Shown in pieces: positions 1-12,300 of a DNA stretch of 64,000 nucleotides (its first letter is position 1; every line of letters starts with the position of its first letter). A model generated the notes under the pieces. That model was not told the DNA's origin. It ran no database searches and saw only the letters and a list, made by a program, of their open reading frames with translations. A program made the position numbers and the translations under genes. The stretch lies in the NCBI RefSeq assembly GCF_037042905.1, contig NC_087245.1:33482001-33546000 (forward strand), read 5' to 3'. This DNA comes from Lytechinus pictus (lineage: Eukaryota).

Positions 1-218
1 TCTTGTGGAATTTCAGACTCATCTTGTTTCTTTTTTTCTGCTAGCATTGGATTCTGGGAGTCAAAGTTCACTAGCTGGGTTCCTCTTTCAAGTGGTGGTC
101 TAGCAGAGGCTGAATCTTCACTGCTTTTTGACCTCTGTGACCGATGATGTCCTGGTACTACTAAAGCTGAGCTGGTTTGTGAGGCTGGGTCAGATTTATC
201 TTGCTGAGTGCTTTCCAT
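1..218 (-). CDS. First coding exon of an unidentified gene (runs off the window start); MESTQQDKSDPASQTSSALVVPGHHRSQRSKSSEDSASARPPLERG...
   Basis: The minus strand has acceptor tttcag| with the exon starting at 236, an ATG at 218, and an open frame of 72+ codons to base 1. An upstream GTGAGT donor at 1539 would end a 5'UTR exon that carries an in-frame stop. No family recognised. Confidence 0.65.
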   Translation of the reverse strand, partial: MESTQQDKSDPASQTSSALVVPGHHRSQRSKSSEDSASARPPLERGTQLVNFDSQNPMLAEKKKQDESEIPQ

Positions 219-2229
219 CTTACATTTGACAAGGACCTGAAATAAAAGGAAATTGAACCAAATAGTTACTACTTGCTTGATTGTGAAAATACCAAACAAA
301 CATTGCTTCAATATCATACTTCAAAATTTTAGGAGCTTACAAATGTCAATTATTCTCATGCATTTTGCACAAACATTATTTTGATTCAAACATGAAATAA
401 AATTAAAACAGAGACATAAATTGAAGCCTCACATTATTAAACAGTTTTGGCCATCACTCTAAATACATCTACACTGAAGCCACTTGGACCACACACCTAA
501 GTTTGTTTCTGTGTACGCTATGAGACAAGTCCTAAACTCAGGTATATTTTACATGCAAAACAAACTCAAGAGATAGCTATCAACATTCACAATTCAAGGA
601 TTGAAAATTTGGGATACAAATGTTAGAAATTTTGAGCTCCATAACAATACTCCAGTCCCCATGTTTAAGGATTTTTTCTATAAAAAACAACAACCCAGAC
701 AGAGCACTTGGAACATCATGTATTTTTGCATGGATTTTGATCCCACAGCTGCCACCAAAATTACATAAGAGATTTATTACTAAATTCTTTAATGAAATTT
801 GATTAAATTTTCAGTGTTTTGTTTGTCTGATTTTTCTTAATCTGTTTAAATCATATTCTCAGCCCGGAGCATCCCTTTAAACAGATTTAGAAAAATCAAA
901 CAAAACACTGAAAATTTGATCAATTTGATCAAAATCTGACTAGAAATATCAATGTTATGGCATTTTAAAAATTTGCATTATTCCGGTGAAACAGTTCTAG
1001 GCATGTCTTCATGAATATTCAATGAGCAACTTGATGATGTCATATCCCCAATTGTTCTTTGTATTCTATTATATGACATTTGGTTTATTCAACTGAAAAA
1101 AATTGGATTGACAACTGATTTAGTGCATTAGATATTCATTATAAAGGAGACACATTATTCACACATGTATGAAAAAATGAAACAATTATGATTTCATGTA
1201 ATAACATAAGAAAAAGAAAATGGGGATGTTACATCATCAGCCCACCTAATGAATATTCATGATGATCTGATGTGCATTCTGTTTTCATAAATTATTGCTA
1301 AACTTTGAAATTCAATAACTTCGTTATTTGTTATCTGATTTTGATGAAATTTTCAGCATCTCTTATTCTCTTCTGAACTTCTTCCTCTGTTAGTTTTGGA
1401 GATCAGCAGAGAGATCCTGCACGTAGTAGTCTAATGTTTGTCTTCACAATAGTAGGCCCGGTCTATGTAATAATGTATTGTAATAAGAGTGGTCAGTCAG
1501 AGTGTTTAACATTATTTTCATGTAAGGCTTTATACTCACCAAACGTGCCGAATGAGATAAACAAGGGACCAAAACAGAGTTGAATAGACTGTATGTCTAT
1601 TACTATTAGTATGGTAGTTGGTGCATGGCGAAGCCTCAGGTCAGTCAGGACTCGGGAGCTATGCACTGCAGTGCAGTCTCATCTCACCCAGTCTCAGCTC
1701 AGCTTGTCTGAAAATGAACTGCACTAGCCACTATGCACAGATTCCATTTGATTCCATTCAAAATTTTTAAATTGATCTCAATATAGTGCAGACTGTGGGC
1801 ACTTGTCATGCTTGTCGAATCAAATGTCAAAATGGGCAAGCTATAACAGATATGGGAAAAATAAAGTTGATGACAACTGCCATATTAATACATGGGATGC
1901 CTTCACAGTACACAAACTATAGTGGGGCATCCGTGATTGAAGTATATTGCAAATATGATCTATGAGAATATACTACTACACACGTAGTAGTCTATTCTGA
2001 ATAAAGGGAGGTCAATGGTGGCAGCGCCTTCATCCTGAGCGAATTATGTTAAGTATATACTTTTGCTCATTAACGGAAATTTTCTTGAAAATTGGATTGT
2101 ATAATTTTTAAAACAGTCAATTATCTTTCAGAGGATGTCAGCAGTATTCTTATCTGGAATTTTGGGTCGACTTGGGGACATCAATTTTTCTTTTACCCCC
2201 ATAATGGAATGAAACCTTCCTTTCGCAGA

Positions 2230-2302
2230 CGTCAGAGGTCAAAGATTGATGATGACTTCGGGGATCACCGTGTGAATGCCGACTGAACATCAAAGAATTT
2301 CG
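2230..2302 (+). other. CCNY: Probable non-coding first exon (5'UTR) of CCNY; start approximate
   Basis: CG|GTAATG donor at 2303, next to a CpG-rich stretch (2440-2870). The first coding exon is preceded by acceptor sites (cag 4439, tag 4448), so an upstream exon is expected. Confidence 0.5.
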
Positions 2303-3570
2303 GTAATGTATTGTATTTCTATCTTCAGAACTTATTATTGTCGTATGGTTTTTGTTATTTCAAGCAGTATGTTACTGTTAATTGTAATTTCCATGTTTGT
2401 ATAATATTGTAAAGCATGATTTATTGTATTGTAACGGAAGCGACACAGACGCGGCCGCGGTCAACTTTTTCTCTGTAGACTGAATCTACGTGCCGGTACG
2501 GTCTCCGGAGTCCGGTCCGGGCTGAGCAGGGGAGAGTGTTGGGTGGTGCGCATCATCCAGCAGCATGCATGAAGCCGACGAGTCAAGGGGCAGGCTGCAG
2601 CATAGAGAATGCACTGCCCGCGCAGGCTCTGCTCTGCATGGCAGGGGTTGCCGGGCTCAGACTCTGAGTCTGACACAAGATATCATTACTATTAGACAGC
2701 TGGCAGCCGTCTGCTTCAAGGCGTTTTTTAAGTTAACATTTTTTATTTTTTCTTATTTCTTCTCGTACACAGACGGCTCGCGACCGTGCAGCCGCCGTTA
2801 TGGCGTTAGGGGGGTTAAAAAAATAAAAATTCAAAATCCCCCCGACGCCGACGGGGCTCATTGATTTTTGTCTTTATTTCATAACAAGAAATCTAGGAAA
2901 GTTCATTCTCCTGTCAAGTGCCGACACCAATCAAGATTTAACTTTTTGAGATGAAAAAAAAAACTCCCCATAAACAAAGACAATCTCAATTTATCAAGAC
3001 ATGAACATGATTTGTCTTGGTTTATGAGGATATCCTGGCTTGTGTTCTGGGACAATCCCAATTTTTGAACCAGTCCCTCTACTGGGGATATGATCCGCAG
3101 AGACTTCGTCTAGCTCCACAGTAATAATAATAATAATATGTTCATTTATATAGCGCTCTTACAATATATCATCGTTTCACAGCGCTTTACACAATGATGG
3201 AATAGAAAATTATAATAACTTATTATACTAGCAGATAGATGAGCACCTGGCGAAGCCGGTCGGCCAGACCCTCGCCATGACCATACGATTGGATTTTTCG
3301 CGAGACCGGGGTACCTCAAAACACCCCAAAATAAAAATATAATGGAAATCATGCACTTAGATCAATTCTTTTGATGTTTGCCCAGAGTCACTATCATCAA
3401 TAAGTAGTATTCAGGAGCTTGACCCTGAAAAAAGGAAAATAATCTGGTATCTGTTCTCTCTGATTCAAAATTGCACACAAAATGGCAAGCATGTATGAAT
3501 TCTAACTAAAGTTAGTGATCAAAAGATCTACCCGCGGCAGCTCACCTGTTTTTTTCGCATTCAGTCTATA

Positions 3571-4080
3571 CCGGGGGGGGGGGGGGGGGGGGTACTCGAC
3601 CAAAAAAGTGGTAGGTACATGTATGTGCCGCGGACGAGACAAAAAACGGGGGCCTTGGAGCGGGCTTATTGTAAAAAGGAGGGTCCTCAGAACAGGTTTC
3701 GAAACTACAAATGTTTGTGAAAACGGAGGTCCTTGGAACGGGTCGCCTGCGTGTGAGTGCGTTTGCATCCCTATGGAACAGGCATATACGTGCATGCAGC
3801 TAGCCCGGTGGCACGGGCGCAGGGTGCGCTCGCGCAGAGGCGATTGTCGGACAGCACTCTGCGGCCGCTTTTCCACTAAAATTGCAGCTCAGTGTAGCAG
3901 ATCAATGCGGCCGGCACGGCGTAACGTAAAATATGCTATGCTTTGGAGCGGCTTTCTTTGTTCTTTTTCTCAATAAGACAATAATGCTACGCCTTGGTAC
4001 GGAAATTTGAGTGTAAAAATGGGGGTCCCCTCCACGGCACATGTACCCATTACGCATTATATACTGAGTTGCCCCCTGGG
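3571..4080. mobile_element. Non-autonomous DNA transposon with poly-G/poly-C TIRs
   Basis: Ends CCGGGG...GTACTC / GAGTTGCCCCCTGGG; 8-bp TSD AGTCTATA/AGTCCATA (1 mismatch). Confidence 0.7.
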
Positions 4081-4470
4081 AGTCCATATCAAAATTATGT
4101 TACCTGTGACACTTCTACCAATGTAGGTTTTGAGAAAAGTCTAGCGTATACAGTTTGCTTCTTGTCAACACAGTTCCATTCAGCCCTTGGTACTGGTAAG
4201 CTTAGTATTAAGGATGCCTTTCTGTTTTGACTATAATACTGCTCGCATATTGCCAACAGGCTACAAGCTCACTTAAATCCATTGAACCATTTGAAACTTG
4301 TCTTCCAATGTTTTATTACAGAGAATGTTTGATAACAAAGGCAAATTGTAGCCAAATAAGTTATGAGTAAGTTTTCAGACAAAGTTCAGATAAATTACAA
4401 AGTACAATGTAATCTTTGTTTTCCTTTTCTTTGGAACAGATTTTCTAGTTTGATTCACCTTCTGTGCGTA

Positions 4471-4645
4471 ATGGGGAATAAACATTCATGTGGCTGCATT
4501 CAAAGCTGTCACAAGAATCCAACCAGGCGGGCCCACAGGGCTCCTTCTCAAGAAATAGAACGATACGAGCCGACACCTGAAGAAGTAAATGTGGACGAAA
4601 GATCAAATCTCCAGCATATTGGTGACAGAGAGACTGGCATAGAAG
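4471..4645 (+). CDS. CCNY: CCNY coding exon 1
   Basis: MGNKHSCGC...[13 protein letters not shown]; donor G|GTAAAC at 4646, phase 1. Confidence 0.92.
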
Positions 4646-7600
4646 GTAAACAAGCAACTTGTTTAAATTATAAAAATATAATCCCATACATGTAACTGAA
4701 CACCATTTATACTCTGAATAAACGGTCAAGGCCAATAAATTAATGCAGTTCGACTTAAACAACAAACTGATTTGATGAATAAAAAAATACCATCGTTGGA
4801 ATGAGCAGTGGAATAAAGAGCCCAAACTTTTGAGGGGCACAGCATGCTGTATACATGTAAATGTAAAAACAAATTGCAGGTGAGTGGAGAAGGGGGGAAA
4901 TATTTTGGCATTTTTAAAATGACATGTTTTTGTGAATGTACAAATAATATCAAAGCTCCCCCCCATAGAACTGCCTCCCAATTTGCTCCTCGAGGCCGGA
5001 TTCAAACTCAAAATAGCAAGATGTTGCCTTGACTCTTGACTAGGGACAGGGATTTTCCTTTTCTAAAAATTGCCCTTTCCATTTCAGAAAATCTTAAATT
5101 CTGTTTCAGCATTTCTGAAAACGGAAATTCCGTTTCCGTATCTATAGACTTTGTGTGCAGGAAATTGTGACAATTCCGTTTACATATAAAATCAATGCGC
5201 AATGAGTAGCGATGTCAAAAATGCTCGTGCTGGTCAAAATTTGTATTTCCCACTGTACTAACAATGCTTTAAAATCATTTTTAATTGAAGAGATTCGAGC
5301 ACAAAAATGATTTAAAGAAACAAACATGTAATTAACATGAATGCATCCTCACCTTTGACATTATTAGCATTATTTTATGGTTAAATGAGATTTTATCGCT
5401 GATTTGGGGACTTTTTGGACATCGTTTTGAGCATTCAACGACTTTGGCCTATCCGCCATTTTGGATTTGTTGAATACCGCGATCATGATACTTTGACCGA
5501 ATGCAGAGGGCAGCAACGCACGGCCGTGTTTCTGCTTATACATGTATGCGGACGTGAGTGTTAACTGATTTTTATACGATCTAGTGATGGAGGGGCTGAG
5601 TACAGTCATGATGTGTGGATTGTCATGATTGTTTTAGCGAAGTGAAATCATGTTTCTTTCCAGTTGATATTCATATTTCGTTGAGGATTTGGGAGTAAAT
5701 TTTTGTTGCTATTCTGTGCATTTTGAGAAAAAATATGTTTTCCGTGATTTTCAGTTTGAAAAGCCACTTTCCGTCTCAAGAGGCAGATTCTGTGAAATCC
5801 GTCCGTTTTCAGCTATCGCGGAAAATCACTCTCCCTACTTGACCTCAAACATCTAAAACATCCTTGGCCCTGTCCTTTATATCATTATCCTTAAAACAGT
5901 CTGGCTCTTGCCTTTTTGCACATCACTGTGTCGTTCACACACTTTCTATAAAAATGATATTTTTAAGGGCAAAGGCACTTTTCTACACATGTAGGCAGCA
6001 GGCCTTTTTATTTTGAATATTTTTTTTTTTGGGGGGGGGGGGTGGGAGGGAAGTGCAAGTCCACTCTTCTTTGGAGCATGTCTCTATCTTACAGCACAAT
6101 TATGTGAAAAAATGAAACGGTACATAACTGTCCAATGCCATAGCCTTTAATAGTGGTCTCTGAATTATTTGAGCCAGGTAGGGCATGTATCTGTATCAGT
6201 GTTGAAATTACTTTTTATTTTTAAGGGAGACGGGACGGGCGCGGACGGGAGTGATCTTCATGGTGGGAGTCGCTCGGTACTTGGCAGTTTTGAAAATCTT
6301 TCTAAATTAAGTTTGTTTTCATCACCTTTCATATCCCAGCTCATTTTCCACTGGTTGTTCAATAAAATATACAGCATCTAGGCGAAATAGGCGTTCTTGT
6401 AAAAATCAAACAATATGAGCACAATGAACACACAGAAGATATGTAGTGAGTGAATTGAATGTTTTGAACAATGATACTACATGTAAATGCCACTTTATTT
6501 TAATGGAGCTATAGTTTTGTTTCAACAAATGGGATGGATTTTGTATAAAGATATGGGATGATGTGCAAATATATGTATCTCAAATCTTGTACATGTATAC
6601 TTGAACACGTACTGTACAATTAAAGTTGGTAAAAAATTGTGTATACAGTACATGTACTTGTAGCAATATCACATTCTTTATAATAACATCTTGCTCTAGG
6701 ATGCTTTTTTACTCATTGTATTATGGAATGAATAAGTTCTATACATTGAATATTTTCATTTCCTCATACATTTTATTGTGCAGTACAGTTCAGTTGAATG
6801 ATTGATCTCATATTGGTTTCAGTTCAAATACAAAACACTAAACAAACACGGTCAGAACAAATCAAAAGATGTACTACAGTGCACATGTACTTGCCATCAA
6901 TGTGTTGAACAAAGTATATTGAACTGTTAACAGATTGATCAGCTGTGTCCCCGGGGGGGGGGGGGGGGGGGGGCCACTTCCATTCACGAGTGGATACCAT
7001 GCGCGACCATGAGATCTCAAAAAGCACCCTAAACACGTATTTTCCATATTCTGAAAATGCACCCCTTAACAAGTATTGGCGTGTAAAACCCTACCCTTAA
7101 CAAGTATTGGCGTGTAAAACCCTACCCCTAACAAGTATTGGAAACAAAACGATAGTATTGGCAAGTATTCCCTGAATTGTACCCCTAAACAAGTACAGCG
7201 ATATTTCAAACACGGGTCACGTCGGTCGTCGGTTTTACCTAAAAATTACCTACATCATTGGGTTTAGTACAGTCCAACCCGCGCAAATCGTGGGGCAAAA
7301 AGTACATCCTTTATAAAACATTTAGTCTTGATTGGCCCTCACAAATTTGACCCTAAACACGTAAATTTCCTAGCGAAATAGATACCCTTTTTTCATTATT
7401 TTTGTGTTTTTGACACCCTTATTACGTTACGTATGTAACGTGCCCTATCTTGAAAAAGACATCCTTTTTACATGTTTTTTTGGTCGCCCATGGTATCCAC
7501 TCGTCAATGTAAGTGGCCCCCCCGGGGCTGTGTCACATTAGTAGACCTACACGTAGGCCCTACCTTTATATTTTATGCAGATTTAAAAGGTAATCATTTA

Positions 7601-9179
7601 TTTGATTGATTGATTTACTTTATTATTATTATTGTTTATTTAGTTATTTACTTATTTATTTATTTATTCATTTATGTTATTTTATCAATTAATGATTATT
7701 ATTATTATTATTTTTTTTTGGGGGGGCTCACTGCCATTTATGTTATTCGTGATTGATTGATGTTATAAATTCTATTGACAGTTTTACATGAACACTCACA
7801 TTTATTAGCAACTCATAGAACTACATTTACTTTAATACAAAATTGTGCTGCATTGTGAATACATGTACGACACATTTTTTTCACAAATATTTCAAAGGAT
7901 ATTTGTGATATCGATGCACTTTAAGGGCCACCATAGAAACATGCTCAAGGCAATGAATTAGCCTCTTCGATCAGCATGACCTCAGCCTATCTAGATAATT
8001 AGCAAGGAAGCAAGATGCTTGTCTTGAGGAGGATATGTTTCATCATGTCATTGGTATTTTAGGAATGTTTGTAGAGGAATAGAGCTGTCACAGAGCACGC
8101 AAAAGTGTGCCCTTCACCTGCAGGTATTGAACTTATCCGACAGGTATACACTGTGTATTAAAACAAACTCAATGTACCGTAGGTCTACTTTGAAAGCAAT
8201 GGCGCATATGATGAGCAATATATTTTTTGTTATTGTGAGTGTAAACAGAACATATACAATGTATACAAATGTATCCTTGTTTATAAAATTATGTCATATC
8301 TCAGTTGAACTTGAAAAGAAAAATTATAAGCCTACAATATGAGCAAGTGTATTTGAGAAAATATACTTTTTACCACCCCCCCCTCCCCCCCCCCCCCCCC
8401 CCGACGAGAAAAGATTTTGATGGCTAATGAATCAACACTCAATGAGACAATGTACACCCACATGTTCATGTTCATGTACAAAATTTGTGTATACTGTACA
8501 TGAGTTCATATCTGTACATGTGTTAATGCACATTAATGTGTTCATGTATGAGTACATACATATCACAACATACAGTCACCCGCAGAATGAAACTCTTTTC
8601 TTTATTTTGTATGTATTTATTCCAGTGAACTGTCTATGAATTTTATTACATAACCTGTCATAGTCTTCCTGATACATTCATACATGTGTAACATGGGATT
8701 CATGGGGTTTTGTAACAATTTTTGGCATGATCCATGGGGGGACATTGCAATTTAAAGCTACACTTGATACTGGTTAGTTTCTGCTAATGAAAAAGGAAAT
8801 CGAAGTGCACTGTAAGTATTAAAAAAACTGTTGACAACCAAATGGCCGTACAATATTTAAGGTATCTAAACCCTATAAAGTTAGGTAATTGTGTTCATTG
8901 CTTGCCAATCAGTGAATGGTTGGCAATTAAGTTCGGTAAATCTTGTTGGAATGCTCTCCAAGGAATGACTGGTGTGGGCAATCCAGGATAGACCAGGCTT
9001 AAGCACTTTAGAGACATCTTTCAAATGTTTTGAGAGCTGTATAAAAGTGGATGATGATGTTGATTGTTTTTATTATTATTATATTACTATTATTACTACT
9101 ACTACTACTACTGTACATGTACTATTACTACTACTACTAATACTACTACTAATACTACTACTACTAACTACTACTACTG

Positions 9180-9231
<52 letters not shown>

Positions 9232-9267
9232 ATGTACTACTACTAACTACTACTACTACTACTGCTG

Positions 9268-9327
<60 letters not shown>

Positions 9328-12300
9328 TACTACTACTATTATTATTATTATTAATATTATCATTATTTGCTGAAAATTGTTTAAGTTTCTATGACAACCG
9401 AGAAACCCATATATGTAATCAGGTTCTGCTTTTCCCCCCAATAACTTTTTATGTAAACTACATGTACATCAGAAGAAAGAAAATAATGGAACTACATGTA
9501 TATTTATACCAAGAATAATTTTTCAATGCATCACTATTAATGGTCTGTCCTTCTTTCATGAGCAAAAAAACAAAAAAAAAAAAATGAATGAATGAAAAAT
9601 AAACACCCAAGATCCCTGAATCTGCTTTCACATGCAAAGTCACCTAATTTCACTACCAATCTTCCATCAATATATTTTCTATTATCATTCATGTTAAAAT
9701 GAAAATGTTAAAATTAATAATAATAATAATAATAATAATAGCCAATTTTTATAAAGCGCTTTTCCCAGAATCGCTCAAAGCCATTTAGCAATGAATGAAA
9801 CCTTTGATTGTTACGACGTTGATGAATAGATGGTGATACCCTATCCTGAATGGGATATGATAAACATCGATGTAATCCATTTTAATTTATGTGATGAAAT
9901 AATATATCATGTTTTCTGTTTTTCCTCCCTATCCAGAGGATATATTGGATCCATCAGTACACCCAAGGACTAGTACCATTTTCCTCACAAAGGCAGAATC
10001 ATTAGGTATGAACTGGATTTCAATCTGTAATACAATTTTATTGAATAAACCCTTTTTTTTACTTTGGTTTTGTTTTCTCCAGAAATACTGTGTGAGTCCA
10101 AAAAAAATTTAACACCTCACAAATCCCCAATTTTAGGAAAAGTATTTCTTGAACACATTATTATTTTATATGGCCTGGGGTGTGTTAACGCTTGTGCCAA
10201 ATTAAGGCATGGCTGCAAGGAATGGATCCAGAAAACTACACTACATGATCTGTTGTTATGATGTGATTGTTTAACAAATCACATTTTGCATTAAATGTAC
10301 ATGTAAAGTTCAAAGATGTACCCTATTTCATTTCAAGTTCGGCATAATGCTAGATAGGAATTTTTATTGTTGCATGCGTGTGGTTTGAGAAAGGCTTCAA
10401 GTTGCAGGCGATGATGACATTACAAAATGGAATTGCGTGTGCTTTTATACCTACATTGATGCTTGAAATAGACTGGAATTTCAATATTCATGCCACTTAA
10501 ACTTTGATCATGAGCACTATATAGGTTGGGATGTTCATATCAAATACTATTTAATTATCTGTGAAAATCCGGTCGCAACAGATTATGAAGTGAGCTCAGG
10601 GCTTTAATAGGGAATACTTTCAATTTTAAGTTTGTTTCTGATTTGATGTGTTTCTTGACATATTGCAGATATTGTACAGGATAGGAGAAATCATCACAGT
10701 GACAACAGGCTGAGTAGTACATTGAGTAAGAAGTTCAGTTCATGTTCGACTATCTTTCTAGATGACAGCACAGTATCACAACCAAATCTTAAGTCAACGA
10801 TACGATGGTGAGAACTGTAAACTAAAGCATTTCTGATGATTGACTACTCTGGGTTTAAATTTCAGTCCTGGCAAGCATAAGATGTGGATTCTGTGCAATC
10901 TCAGGAATACTCCACAAAGTAGGCCAGAAAAAGTGGTGTCAAAGTAATTCAAGTATCTCCAGTTTTTTTTTTCTACCTTAGACCTTCAAAGTTTGTCATT
11001 GGAAATTGTGATCTTATTTTTCATATAGTGCTCCTGGGCCATGGGAGAAATGGTGCATGATTTGTCAAAGATATTTTATTTCACAATCTCTATTCATGTC
11101 TTTTATATGTACATGTACATGTAGCTGTACAGACCACTCAAACATATTATGGTAAACTAGGTTTTTTGTTGTAAAAAACATCCTTATTTTATTTATGTAT
11201 CTGGTATTGATTTTCTCATTGAATTTCAGTGTGGCATTGGCAATATACTACCATATAAAGAACAGAGATAGTAGCAGACAAATGGACATCTTTGATGAAA
11301 AGCAGTACCCACTCTCAGTAAGTATGCACTCAAATTGAGGTATTTGTTGTTTCTCCTCTTTCTTCTTATATTTTGTAAAGTCGTCATGGTGCTATAAATA
11401 AAGCTACCAGTGCTTATCTGTTGAAATTTAAAGGCAGATCAGGCAGATTTAGCCTACATGTAGTTATCCAAGATTGAAAAGGTACTCGTGTGAGTCTACC
11501 TTGATTGTTTTCAGTCTACATAACTTAGGTTTCCTGCCCAAATATCTTCAAAAATTAAAATACTTGGTAGGAGGCTAATTACATGCAAGATAGACTGATC
11601 AAGAACAAGCTAGACTTATCAAGATCGTGGTAGACTGGCAAATATCAAACTAGACTAATCAAGATTATTAAAGCTAGACTGATCAGGACCCAGCTATACT
11701 GATCAGGATCTAGCTGGACTGATCAAGATCAAGCTAGACTGATGAGGATATACCTAGACCTATCTGGGGAGTGTTTCATCAACATTTTTATCCGACAAGT
11801 TGTCAGATCTGACATCTTTCTCTGATGTTGATTGGCTGAGAGGTACGGTTACTATGGTAACTGTCGGATAAAATGGGACTTGTCGGATAAAACGTCTGAC
11901 AATTCCTTTCATGAAACGCCCCCCAGGACCCAGCTATACTGATCAGGATCTAGTTAGACTGATCAGGACCCAGCTATACTGATCAGGATCTAGTTAGACT
12001 GATCAGGACCCAGCTACACTGATCAGGATCTAGCTGGACTGATCAAAATCAAGCTAGACTGATGAGGATATACCTAGACTGATCAGGACCCAGCTATACT
12101 GATCAGGATCTAGCTGGACTGATCAAGAACAAGCTGGACTGATCAGGACCCAGCTATACTGATCAGCATCTAGCTAGACTGATCAGGATCTAGCTAGACT
12201 GATCAGGACCCAGCTACACTGATCAGGATCTAGCTGGACTGATCAAGATCAAGCTAGACTGATGAAGATATAGCTAGACTGATCAGGACCCAGCTATACT

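Noticed and set aside
3502..3976. 124-aa and 153-aa overlapping ORFs
   Set aside because: They lie in the GC-rich interior of a non-autonomous element and have no recognisable motif.
8972..9373. 133-aa ORF with poly-Thr/Tyr/Leu
   Set aside because: It is a translation of the (TAC)n microsatellite inside a CCNY intron.
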